Below are positions 19,270-29,360 of a stretch of 64,000 nt of DNA, piece by piece. The notes beneath the pieces were generated by a model that ran no database searches, was not told the DNA's origin, and worked only from the letters and a program-made list of their open reading frames with translations. Source of the DNA: Meyerozyma guilliermondii (lineage: Eukaryota). The position numbers and the translations under genes are program-made. Position 1 is the first letter of the stretch. Each line of letters opens with the position of its first letter. Where the stretch lies: NCBI GenBank assembly GCA_051546255.1, contig CP128815.1:682001-746000 (forward strand). The letters run 5' to 3'.

Positions 19270-19741
19270 GCGGGGAGCAGGGTATTTCGGATGAATGAGG
19301 CAGGTGCGCCGACTGAGGTACGAAAGAATATCCGGATTAGGCTGTTTTGCCGCGTTCCTCCACGTCACGAAATGCGGGGGGTGGGGCACCGTGATGAGGT
19401 ACATGCCTGAAACCATCTTGCTAGTAGTTCATTGCATGCTGAGGTGCATGCATACGATATCGAGGCGGTAGACCTGCCCGTATCAGCAATACCGTGTGGT
19501 GGGGTACGGCGTCGAGGCGGAGGAATAAATCCGGATCGGAGTATCAAAAGTTTGCCAATACTTGGCGATGATTTTTGGGAGCCACTGCGGCTTTTACCCT
19601 TGTATTAATACCCCACGCTATTTTAGAATGAAAGGTTAATTCGAAGCGTGAGCGAATTCGCTGTGGGTCCGTGCCGGCATATGGCCCGTAATATGCATGT
19701 TTAACCCGATCTGTCTCGTATTCTCTGTGATTTTTGCGGGG
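19270..19741. promoter_or_regulatory. Divergent promoter with multiple Mig1/CreA-type SYGGGG sites
   Basis: GCGGGG at 19270, 19374, 19736 (ATTTTTGCGGGG), GTGGGG at 19381, 19499, CCCCAC at 19611. Confidence 0.55.
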
Positions 19742-19920
19742 TACATGACACGGAACCAACAACCCGTCAGACTTGCCTAAATGGGGAGGTGTCCCGCCGC
19801 CCGAATGCAGCAATTTATCCGTTGACTGAGGACTGTCCGGCTTCGTTACCAAAACCATTACCATTGACTGGGTTTAAAGGAAGCTGGTGTCTCCCATTAT
19901 CTCGCATCTTTACACTTACC

Positions 19921-21354
19921 ATGCCAGGATTCTTGAAAACTAAAGGTACAAAAATTGTCGATGGTGACGGCTTCGTCACCGTTTTGACCGGGGCCGCTAC
20001 CGGCGGCCATCTCAATATGGAGAACTTCATTACGGGCTATCCCGGACATGAAACCGAACACAAAAAGGTAATGAAGTCCAAAATGGGAGCGGAGAAATTC
20101 GAGTACTTTTTCGACAAGTTTTACGAATATTTCTGGACAGAAGAGGATGCGAAATTTTTCAAGTCTTTGGGTTTCAATTGCTTGAGAATTCCATTCAATC
20201 ACCGTCACTTTTTGGATGATGAAGGTGATCTTTTCCAGATCAACAGGAAAGGGTTCGCCAGACTTGACGCCTTGGTGAACACTTGTGCCAAGCATGGAAT
20301 CTACACCATTTTGGACTTGCATACCGCACCAGGTGGACAGAACCAAGATTGGCATTGTGACTCTGGAATCCACAAGTCACTTTTCTGGGAGTTCAAGGTG
20401 TTTCAGGACGCAATTGTCAACCTCTGGGTCGAGATTGCAAAGTACTACAAGGATAACATTTGGGTTGCCGGCTACAATCCATTGAATGAGCCAGCAGTTG
20501 CAGACCACAGCAAGTTGGTCGATTTTTACAACAGAATCGACAAGGATGTTCGTGCCGTTGATCCTAATCACATCTTGTTCTTGGACGGTAACACTTATGC
20601 CATGGACTTCCGCCAATTTCCAAGCAAGACAATTCCAAATTGTGTCTATGCCATTCACGATTATGCCCAGTATGGGTTCCCCAACCTTGAAGGAACTTTA
20701 TACAAGGGAAGTGAAGAAGAAAGGGCCAAACTCAAGTCACAATATGAGCGCAAAATTGAGTATATGAAAGCTCACAATGTTCCAGTTTGGAATGGTGAAT
20801 GGGGCCCTGTCTATGCCTCCAAGGTGAGAGGAGATAGTGACCCAGAAACTATCAATAGGGCTCGGTACAATGTTGCCAAAGACCAATTGGCGGTGTACAA
20901 GAAGGGAGACCCTTCTGGCGATAAGACACCGATTAGTTGGTCCATTTGGTTGTACAAAGATATTGGGTACCAAGGCTTGACTTACGTCTCTCCAGATTCC
21001 AAATGGTACAAGGTTCTTGGCGACTTTTTGATCAAGAAGAAGCATCTTGGTTTGGACAGATGGGGAAATGATATCGACCCAAAGTATGCTGAATTGTATG
21101 CAAATCTCGTTGATCATTTCAAGGCTAACATGCCTGAAAAACACCAAAAGGCATTGTATCCTCACAACTGGTCAGTTACCGACTATGTCTACAGGGTTAC
21201 AAAAGATATGCTTTTCTCGCAGTATGCTCAGCATGAGTTTGCCGAATTGTTCGCTGGTTTGAGTTTTGAGGATTTAGACGAAATGGCTGCTTCGTTCAAG
21301 TTTGAGAACGTCTTGAAAAGAGACGAGTTGAACGAAATTCTTAGGGCATATTAG
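19921..21354 (+). CDS. Glycoside hydrolase family 5 (yeast EGC-type, probably subfamily 22), no signal peptide
   Basis: LNMENFITGYPG, GFNCLRIPFN, ILDLHTAPGGQN, acid/base YNPLNEP, nucleophile VWNGEWG; first ATG at 19921. Confidence 0.92.
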   Translation: MPGFLKTKGTKIVDGDGFVTVLTGAATGGHLNMENFITGYPGHETEHKKVMKSKMGAEKFEYFFDKFYEYFWTEEDAKFFKSLGFNCLRIPFNHRHFLDDEGDLFQINRKGFARLDALVNTCAKHGIYTILDLHTAPGGQNQDWHCDSGIHKSLFWEFKVFQDAIVNLWVEIAKYYKDNIWVAGYNPLNEPAVADHSKLVDFYNRIDKDVRAVDPNHILFLDGNTYAMDFRQFPSKTIPNCVYAIHDYAQYGFPNLEGTLYKGSEEERAKLKSQYERKIEYMKAHNVPVWNGEWGPVYASKVRGDSDPETINRARYNVAKDQLAVYKKGDPSGDKTPISWSIWLYKDIGYQGLTYVSPDSKWYKVLGDFLIKKKHLGLDRWGNDIDPKYAELYANLVDHFKANMPEKHQKALYPHNWSVTDYVYRVTKDMLFSQYAQHEFAELFAGLSFEDLDEMAASFKFENVLKRDELNEILRAY

Positions 21355-21394
21355 CAGTATACAAAATTCTAAATATGACTTCTAGATTCGTAAA

Positions 21395-24067
21395 TCAAAC
21401 ACTGAGTGGTTCAACATTCCAGATATTTTCAGCATACTCGTCAATACATCTGTCAGAACTGAAAAAGCCCATATTGGCAACATTGAGCAAAGACTTCTTC
21501 ACCCAGTTGTGGAGGTGACCGCTACCATCATGGCCATATACCTTCTCAAGCTTGCGGTGGGCTTCCAAGAATAAATCAAAGTCATCAGTGACCAAATAGT
21601 AGTCGCCGTGATACTTGATACTCTCCACTAACGACTTGAACTCGTCCGCATTGCCAAACAAACCTGACTCGATTGCGGAGAAAACTTCCTGTAGCGACTC
21701 TGGAACCTTGACACCTTCGTAAACATGTTTGTGACGTAATTCATCAACTGATTCTGCCAAGTTACCAAAAAGAAAGATGTTTTCCTCGCCGATTTCTCTG
21801 GTGATTTCAACGTTAGCACCGTCAACGGTTCCAATGATGAGTCCTCCATTGAGAGCAAACTTCATATTTGATGTACCGGAGGCTTCAGTTCCAGCGGTGG
21901 AAATATGATTGGAAAGATCAGAAGCTGGAGTAATAACCTCGGCCTTGGACACATTGTAGTCGGGAATGAACACAACCTTCAACAAATTCTCAATTTCTGT
22001 ATCATGGTTCACCACACTTGCAACCTCGTTGATCAAATGGATGATGGTCTTTGCCATATAGTAACCTGGAGCCGCCTTTCCACCGAAAATAGAACATTTG
22101 GGAATATAGTAGTTCTTCTTGATATCATCTACTGACTTGCCCTCTCTAATCAACTTTTTGATGTGAAGATACCGGTAAATCACAGCAAAGATGTTCAACT
22201 GTTGTCTCTTATACTCGTGAATCCTCTTGACTTGAACGTCAAACATGACACTGGGGTCAACTTCGATACCCGTTTCGGACTTGATGAGACCAGCTAAACG
22301 ACGCTTGTTGTCAAACTTGATAGCATCCCACTTTTTCAAAAAGGTGTCGTCATCCACCAAAGGTTCAAGTTTCTTGAGCATGCCCAAGTTGGTCAAGTAC
22401 TCGTAGTTTGGATCGTTAAGAGCTTCAGCAATGAGTGCTGCTAACTTGGGGTTGGCCTGGCGCAACCATCTTCTAGGAGTAATACCATTGGTGACATTGG
22501 TGAACTTATCGGGTCCAAAGACTCTCACAAAGTCTTTAAAGATGGTGGTTTTGATCAATTCCGAGTGCAATTCAGCCACACCATTGACCTTATGAGACCC
22601 AATGATTGCCAAGTATGCCATGCGTACCTGCTTTGGTTCAGACTCTTCAATCACCGAAACTCTGCTCAAGATATCTCTTTCGTGGGGGAACTTTCTCTCA
22701 ACATCTTTCAAGAAGAAAAAGTTGATATCGTAGATAATTTCCATGTGTCTTGGAAGAAGTCTACTAAGCACCGTCACAGGCCATTTTTCCAATGCTTCTG
22801 TCATCACTGTGTGGTTGGTGTAGGCGAATACCTTGCGGACAATGCTCCATGCTTTGTCCCAGTCCAAGCCCTCTACATCGACAAACACACGCTGGAGTTC
22901 AACAATTGCCAACGTAGGGTGGGTATCGTTCAACTGGATTGCAACCTGATCGGCAAACTTGTCCCAGTTTGACTTGTGAGTCTTTTTAAACCGACGAATA
23001 ATATCGTGCAATGAAGCAGCTACCCAAAAGTATTGTTGTTTCAAACGCAATTCCTTGCCGCTCTCAAAGTTGTCGTTTGGGTACAACACCGAGGTGATGG
23101 ACTCGGCACGCTGCTGAGCCGCTACGGATTGCTGGTAATCACCAGCATTGAACTTTCCAAAGTCAAACTCGGTGGTGGGTCTTGCGTTCCAAAGACGAAG
23201 ATTGTTGGTTGTGCTGGTGTTGTAACCTGGAATAGGGAAGTCTGCCGCCACTGCAAGTACCCGTTCTCCTCCAGCCCACACCTTCTTTGCTTCGCCAGTG
23301 TTGGTGTCGTAGTTTTCGTAGACATAACCGTAAAAATCCACAGGAATCTGGATTTCGTTTCTGTCAATTTCCCAAGGATTCAGGTACTTGAGCCAGTAGT
23401 CAGGAGTTTCCACCTGGTAGCCGTCAATAATTTTTTGTTTGAAAATTCCATACTGGTAATTCAAACCGTAACCCCAACCCGAGTAGTTACGCGAGGAAAG
23501 AGAGTCTACAAAACACGCCGCAAGTCTTCCAAGACCACCGTTACCCAACGCAGCGTCTGGCTCCTGGTCCAATACATCCTCCAAGTTGAACCCAAGATGC
23601 TCCAACGAAGTTGTGGTATTGTTGCGAGCATTTAAATTGATGAGCGCATTGTCTAATGCCCTCCCCATAAGAAACTCGAGGGATAAGTAGTAGACACGTT
23701 TCCCATCATGGATGGTTTGTTTCTGCTGGGTATTAGCCCAATCAACAAGAAGCCCGTCACGAATGGTATTTGACGTAGCCTGGTACGCAGCCAATGTATC
23801 ACAGTTGTACATGTTTCTTGCCAAAGTGGTTTCCACATGGCGGACAAAATATTCCTCGAATTTCTCCTCGGCATTGAACACACCAGGCTCTTCCTCGTTA
23901 TGGTTACGACCCCCCAATGGCTTCAAAAGTGAGTATTTATTCCAGGTTTTTTTTGCGGCTTCGGGAATGGCAGCATCAAGAGCAATAATCTGGTTGGGGG
24001 TAAACCCAGTATTTGTACGCTTCAATTTCGGGTGTGGCAACTCGGCCGGTGTCAAGTAGTCTCCCAT
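21395..24067 (-). CDS. GPH1: Glycogen phosphorylase
   Basis: LKRTNTG phospho-site region, LGNGGLGRLAACF, QLNDTHP, EASGTSNMKF. Confidence 0.99.
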   Translation of the reverse strand: MGDYLTPAELPHPKLKRTNTGFTPNQIIALDAAIPEAAKKTWNKYSLLKPLGGRNHNEEEPGVFNAEEKFEEYFVRHVETTLARNMYNCDTLAAYQATSNTIRDGLLVDWANTQQKQTIHDGKRVYYLSLEFLMGRALDNALINLNARNNTTTSLEHLGFNLEDVLDQEPDAALGNGGLGRLAACFVDSLSSRNYSGWGYGLNYQYGIFKQKIIDGYQVETPDYWLKYLNPWEIDRNEIQIPVDFYGYVYENYDTNTGEAKKVWAGGERVLAVAADFPIPGYNTSTTNNLRLWNARPTTEFDFGKFNAGDYQQSVAAQQRAESITSVLYPNDNFESGKELRLKQQYFWVAASLHDIIRRFKKTHKSNWDKFADQVAIQLNDTHPTLAIVELQRVFVDVEGLDWDKAWSIVRKVFAYTNHTVMTEALEKWPVTVLSRLLPRHMEIIYDINFFFLKDVERKFPHERDILSRVSVIEESEPKQVRMAYLAIIGSHKVNGVAELHSELIKTTIFKDFVRVFGPDKFTNVTNGITPRRWLRQANPKLAALIAEALNDPNYEYLTNLGMLKKLEPLVDDDTFLKKWDAIKFDNKRRLAGLIKSETGIEVDPSVMFDVQVKRIHEYKRQQLNIFAVIYRYLHIKKLIREGKSVDDIKKNYYIPKCSIFGGKAAPGYYMAKTIIHLINEVASVVNHDTEIENLLKVVFIPDYNVSKAEVITPASDLSNHISTAGTEASGTSNMKFALNGGLIIGTVDGANVEITREIGEENIFLFGNLAESVDELRHKHVYEGVKVPESLQEVFSAIESGLFGNADEFKSLVESIKYHGDYYLVTDDFDLFLEAHRKLEKVYGHDGSGHLHNWVKKSLLNVANMGFFSSDRCIDEYAENIWNVEPLSV

Positions 24068-24534
24068 GGTCCTCTTGAGAAGAAATTGGAATTAATTGGG
24101 TTTAAGGAGAAGCACAAAAGGGATATCGCACGGGGCGTTCGGGGCCGGAGTGGGGTGATGCAGGTGTGTGGCATCGTGCAGGACATGGAAAAAGTTGGGT
24201 GGTATTTCGTGGGGCATTGAGGGGAAAGGAAGGCGGAAAAATGGAGATGGGGCTCTTTTAATTGTGAAAGTGATTTGAGTGGAATTCTGGCTGTGGGTTT
24301 TTCGGTTTATTTGGTTATGGTTCCCCAGATTTGATGCACGGAACATTAATGCGGCGCACTGCATGAATGGCTGCGAAAAGACAAGGAAGAGCAAGTAGAG
24401 ATGAAGGAAGTGACCAATAGATGGGTATTAGAGATTGTGCTTAACTGTATGTAAAGTATGTATGTTTTTTCAATTTAAGTTTTGTAAATTTTGATTTTAT
24501 TTTGGTGTCATTTTATTTGGATCATTTTTTGGTA

Positions 24535-25371
24535 TCATGCTCTTCTCTTGGTAGTCAACGTAGAAGCAACTGCAATTCTTGGTTCGTGTCCAGGTCCATT
24601 GGGTCTGTCCAGCGGTCCTGGTGCCACGGTAGGGGCAGAGGCCAGCAGAACACCGGATTTTGTAGGACAGGTATCCCTAGCCACTAGTTCGTCATTTTGG
24701 TACAGATCGCAGCATTGATCAGATGGGTAAAATTTACTACACCAGTCCTTACCTCCATCGTATTTGAACCCTGAATTGTACTCTACGCATCTGAATCCTT
24801 GGTCAATGAGCGTATTGTAGTCGTCTGGGTGATACTGCTGGTTCAATTGGCAAGAACCCACCAAGAAAATCTTATCTGATTTGGCACTGGTGTCGTTTTG
24901 TCTTTCTAATTGATAGATAACCTGGAATTCGTACAAGAATTGGCACAATAAACCCTTTGAAAAGTCGAATTTGAACTCTACGCCGAATCCTGGCTGCTGT
25001 GAAATCAATTGTGGGTTATACTGCTCCAAAGCCTGTGGCTTATCGGTGGTGTTCAAAATGGCAAATTGATTGAGAGAATTGTGCCGTGGGTTCTTAAAGT
25101 ACAAGTCCACGGTATAGTTGTCATTTGGAGCACTTTCAGTGGTTGCAACATACAAATTGAAGTCGATGGGAAAATCGGTGGTATCGTTGTTGGATTGAAT
25201 TGTCGACGAAAATTTGTCACAAACAGAATCTCCAGAAAACAAAAGGTCTTGAGGTGTCTTTGATACACCACCAAGGGCAGGAGATGCCTGCTTATTGATA
25301 TTTGGAAGGTTGGACACTAAAGAAAGTGCACATCCCAAAAGCGTCAAACTGAAAAAGCTAGTTTTCATCAT
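24535..25371 (-). CDS. Secreted Cys-containing protein, possible divergent Flo11-type adhesion domain
   Basis: N-terminal signal peptide; N-glycosylation sequons; weak by-eye match to Flo11A beta-strands. Confidence 0.65.
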   Translation of the reverse strand: MMKTSFFSLTLLGCALSLVSNLPNINKQASPALGGVSKTPQDLLFSGDSVCDKFSSTIQSNNDTTDFPIDFNLYVATTESAPNDNYTVDLYFKNPRHNSLNQFAILNTTDKPQALEQYNPQLISQQPGFGVEFKFDFSKGLLCQFLYEFQVIYQLERQNDTSAKSDKIFLVGSCQLNQQYHPDDYNTLIDQGFRCVEYNSGFKYDGGKDWCSKFYPSDQCCDLYQNDELVARDTCPTKSGVLLASAPTVAPGPLDRPNGPGHEPRIAVASTLTTKRRA

Positions 25372-25746
25372 TGGCTGTTTCTGCCAGGTAATTCACCTTT
25401 ATACCACCTGAATCCGAGCCCTGCAACATCCGCTCTGCAGGTACAATACCGCGCTGTGACCTTACTAGAGAATGTGTTATGGACGTTGGTACAAGACAGG
25501 ACCGACAATACTCAAAAATAGAAAACATGATCCTTCAATTGTCATACAACAATGGATCAAAACACCCAACCAATGTAATGCCAATGTCTTATTTGTACCA
25601 ATGTCTTATTATACCAATGTCTCATCATACTTTAACGGTCTGGTCTCCGCATTTCTCGTCAATGTGCAACTCACAGCCTACTACGTCATCGGGGGTTACG
25701 TCAGCAGAGTTGCAACTTTTCACAAACGAGGCAAGTGTTTGTTTGT

Positions 25747-26661
25747 ATGGTATACAAATGGTTTGAGGCTCATGAACGATCGTCGGTTACCGCGTTATGT
25801 TTTGTTGCCGCCACCAATTTTGTACTTACTGGGGGTGGAAATGATGCTCTTGTGAGACTTCACAATGTAGATTCTTCAGGTAAACCTCATCTGTTTTCAA
25901 GAGAACATGTAAATTCTGTGAATGATCTAGATTGTTCCGAGTCCGGTAGTTCGTTTATTTCTGGTGGAGGGGATTTTGTGGTGGTTTGGGATTTAGTAAA
26001 GCATACAAAGTTGGCCAAATTGAAGGGAAGTGGTAAGGATGATATTTTGGCTTGTAAGTATCTCAATGCTGACCTTGTAGCATCTTGTGGGAGTAATAAG
26101 GAGTTGAAATTGCACGATCTTCGCCAGGAGCAGCGTTTACGTCCGGTTTTTGCCGCGCCGGTTGGAAATGATAATCTCACCAGTTTGGACTTTGGAGCCA
26201 ATGTGGTATCCATAGGTTGTGCTGACGGTAATTTGTACACTGTTGACATTCGAAACCAAACATTGACATCGGATTCGGTTTCTGGTGGGAGTGTTTTGGG
26301 AGTAGAAACACACAAGGATGTTTGTCTCTTGACACTTGAAGATGGATCCATACGACTATGGGATACCAACCTGGCCCAATGTAGGTACAAATACCCTGTC
26401 CTGCCACGACTAGAGTACAAGGTGACGAGCACTATGGTACCCGATCTCTATGATGATACAAAACACATTTTTGCCGGCTCAGAAACTGGGGTTTTGCATC
26501 ATTTGAAATTGGGAAATTCCACCATCAATCAGTTGCAAATTCAACCAGGAAAGCTTCCACAATCAAAAATTATAAGCATTGTCAAGTATAGTCCTTTCAA
26601 GAACGTTCTCGCTGCCTCCGGAGGCGACGGGAAATTGCATGTCTGGGAGAATATACTCTAA
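25747..26661 (+). CDS. WD40-repeat protein, WDR83/MORG1-like
   Basis: WD repeats (FVLTGGGNDALVRLHN, FISGGGDFVVVWD, IGCADGNLYTVDIR, ASGGDGKLHVWE); first in-frame ATG at 25747. Confidence 0.75.
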   Translation: MVYKWFEAHERSSVTALCFVAATNFVLTGGGNDALVRLHNVDSSGKPHLFSREHVNSVNDLDCSESGSSFISGGGDFVVVWDLVKHTKLAKLKGSGKDDILACKYLNADLVASCGSNKELKLHDLRQEQRLRPVFAAPVGNDNLTSLDFGANVVSIGCADGNLYTVDIRNQTLTSDSVSGGSVLGVETHKDVCLLTLEDGSIRLWDTNLAQCRYKYPVLPRLEYKVTSTMVPDLYDDTKHIFAGSETGVLHHLKLGNSTINQLQIQPGKLPQSKIISIVKYSPFKNVLAASGGDGKLHVWENIL

Positions 26662-26904
26662 TTATGGAAGCTTTTGGGTTTTGAAGGCAACTCAAGAGCT
26701 ATTTGGCTAAATACATAATTTTGCATATTTCGAAAATATCGTAAAAGAAGAACCTTCACTCTCCTAATAGCTTTCTTAACATCATCCCGTTCTTCTTTTA
26801 CCACTTCCCCTCAATTTTTCCCCCTTTGACTACTTTTCTGTAGGCACCCTATCTTCATTCTTGTCCGCGGCCATCTGCAGTACGCTCATCAACATCTCAC
26901 CAAG

Positions 26905-28146
26905 ATGGTTATAAAACAGGACGTAGGGTCCACTCCCCCGGAGTCGTCAGAGGACAATCAGCAACCAGAAACCAACCAAAACACATCGCAGAACATAGAA
27001 CCAACCTCAAATGGTGCCAAACTGTACTCGCCAACATCGGTAGTTTTGGCCAAAGTCAAAGGCTATCCACCATGGCCAGCTATGGTTCTCGATGAAAGTT
27101 TGCTTCCTCAGAACATATTGGACAAGCGGCCGAAGAACGTACGCCAGAAAAGTGGCCGGAAGGGAAGAGGAAAGGATGTTACGGTGTTGCCGGTACGATT
27201 TTTCAGTGACGATACTTATATTTGGATCAAAGATAACGAGTTGAAACCCATGACTCAGCAGATGATAGATGCTCATTTGAGTTCCGACAAGAAGCGCAAA
27301 GACAAGCTTTTGGAAAAGGCTTATCAATTGGCCAAAAACCCTCCAGATATGAAAGAATTTGTCACCTGGGGTTCTCGAGGTCCACCCAAAAACCAAAAAT
27401 TGGACCCAGAATACGAGGAAGAGGATGTAGAAATGGAGGAGGATTTGGTGGATGAAGAGGAGGTTGAGGACGACGAGATTGAAGAGGAAGAAGATGATGA
27501 TGAAGAGGATGAAGAGATCGTCTATGGTCGTCGTCGAAAGAAGCAAAAAACCGCCAAGAAGGAGAAAGTTACTAAGAAGGTGAAACAAGACAAGAATGAG
27601 CTTGGGTACGACTCGGATTGGGGCTTAACGGACGACGAAGCCGACCCTGAATCGTACATTTTTGAAGACGAGGAACAACAAAAGTTTGATAAAAAGTTTC
27701 CTAAAGCAGCTGATATCACCGAAAGACTACAAGAGGCACAAGAGGAATTCCAGGGGGTGAGTTTTGAAATCACTCTGCTTTTGTTGGAGGAAGAAATTGA
27801 TGAGAAAGAGGTGGTTAGGGCCTTGGCATCGGTGCGAAAATTGGATGTGCCATATACATTATTAGCAAAGAGCAATTTGTTCAGGGTCCTTGTGCTAACT
27901 GCTAGGAAGCCCCATGACACATTTCCATATACCAAGTTGAAGAAAGAAGTGAATAAAGTACTCGAGCTGGTATTCGGAATGAAGGTTGAAGAGAACACTC
28001 CAGAGATGATGGAAAAAGAGGAAAAGGAGGCTACGCCCATGCCAAAGGAGGAAAACGAAAACGAAAACGAAAAGGAGAAAAAAGAAGAAGGGAAAGAGTA
28101 CCAAAAGGAGGAAAAGGTAGAAGATATAAAGGTGAACAACGACTAG
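26905..28146 (+). CDS. IOC4: PWWP-domain subunit of the Isw1b chromatin remodeller
   Basis: VVLAKVKGYPPWPAMV...VRFFSDDTYIWIK...EFVTWGS, acidic tract; near MCM1 as in S. cerevisiae. Confidence 0.8.
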   Translation: MVIKQDVGSTPPESSEDNQQPETNQNTSQNIEPTSNGAKLYSPTSVVLAKVKGYPPWPAMVLDESLLPQNILDKRPKNVRQKSGRKGRGKDVTVLPVRFFSDDTYIWIKDNELKPMTQQMIDAHLSSDKKRKDKLLEKAYQLAKNPPDMKEFVTWGSRGPPKNQKLDPEYEEEDVEMEEDLVDEEEVEDDEIEEEEDDDEEDEEIVYGRRRKKQKTAKKEKVTKKVKQDKNELGYDSDWGLTDDEADPESYIFEDEEQQKFDKKFPKAADITERLQEAQEEFQGVSFEITLLLLEEEIDEKEVVRALASVRKLDVPYTLLAKSNLFRVLVLTARKPHDTFPYTKLKKEVNKVLELVFGMKVEENTPEMMEKEEKEATPMPKEENENENEKEKKEEGKEYQKEEKVEDIKVNND

Positions 28147-28505
28147 AAGATTGATATTATCATGGCCAAAACTATATATTCAGAATCAGGATTCAGAGGG
28201 GGTTTTGGCTGCGAAGAACGGAAATTCAAGACACTAGGTGGTGGACCTTTACTAGATTTTATTTACGACGTCCTGCACGCTATTCTAGTTCAATAATCAC
28301 CAACTTTAATAGTCAGAGTTTAATACCTGCGCCTTAATACCATCAAGAATTATACTCTTTTTAAGATAAAATTGGATAGAAAGTACGACGTATAAGTAAG
28401 TCATACAGCAACTCATTCAAGGTAACCCAATCATAATAATTTCCGTGTCTCCGACCAGTTCTCTGAAAGTTCCATATCACATTCTTATCATAAGTAGACG
28501 AGACA

Positions 28506-29360
28506 ATGGCACAGGAGCCCCAAAATGAAGCCAATGACAGAGCCAAGTTCCTAGATGACATATATGACTTTCACAAAGTATATGGTACAGAAATAATGAT
28601 GTCAATAATAAGTGACGACGGTATGGTTTCAAGTTTTGCATCGCCAATGTTGCAACACTTGTCACTAGAAATCCAAAATGACTTTCTTTTCCGCTCACAA
28701 ATAGAGGGACAATATAAAGACAGTAGTTCGGGTATTCTTTTTTTGATTCAGTGGTTTCTGATAGGGTTCTTCATCACTGCCTTTCTCGGCCTAATTTATA
28801 CAAGCGAGATGAATTACATACCAATTCTCTTGAGTTTTGTGCCATTGAGCCTTATAGTCTTCATATGGTACGTCTTGAGGAAAACTTTGGTAAAGAAGGT
28901 TGATGAAAACTTGGTGGAGCTTATGGAATCAGATACTTCACACGATACTGAAACAGCGATACAAAATCTTATTGACAGAGCCCAAGCATTGAAGCATCAC
29001 ACAAGTTCGGAGATAATATTGGCGCTTGTAGGTTCAAAGAGTCATGTGGTGACTTATGGATCCACACCTGGACTTCGAGCACTATTACGCAAGTACAAAG
29101 TCAAAAAAGTGGTGGAAAAAAACAGGGAAAAACGTCTACTAGAAGCCCAAGGTATCACCGACGACTACCTCGCTGAAAATGCTGCTTTGTATTTTGCTTG
29201 GGCATTTAGTACTGGGTTTTTAGTGCTTTTGGTATTATGGAGTTTTTTGAGCTCAGCGACTAAAAGTATGATAATGCCATCAGCGGCTATGTTGGGAATC
29301 TTTGCTGTGATTTCATTGGTCTATTACTTTCATATGAGAGCAGCGAATAAAAAAGATTGA
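28506..29360 (+). CDS. Uncharacterised 4-TM membrane protein with two degenerate MADS-box-like modules
   Basis: 284 aa ORF; hydrophobic hairpins at ~aa76-124 and ~aa226-275; aa10-52 and aa154-194 align by eye to the Mcm1 MADS dimerisation region. Confidence 0.75.
   Translation: MAQEPQNEANDRAKFLDDIYDFHKVYGTEIMMSIISDDGMVSSFASPMLQHLSLEIQNDFLFRSQIEGQYKDSSSGILFLIQWFLIGFFITAFLGLIYTSEMNYIPILLSFVPLSLIVFIWYVLRKTLVKKVDENLVELMESDTSHDTETAIQNLIDRAQALKHHTSSEIILALVGSKSHVVTYGSTPGLRALLRKYKVKKVVEKNREKRLLEAQGITDDYLAENAALYFAWAFSTGFLVLLVLWSFLSSATKSMIMPSAAMLGIFAVISLVYYFHMRAANKKD

Noticed and set aside
25472..25855. ORFs upstream of the WD40 gene suggesting a frameshift or extra exon
   Set aside because: ATG 25747 already gives a complete-looking propeller; no convincing splice signals
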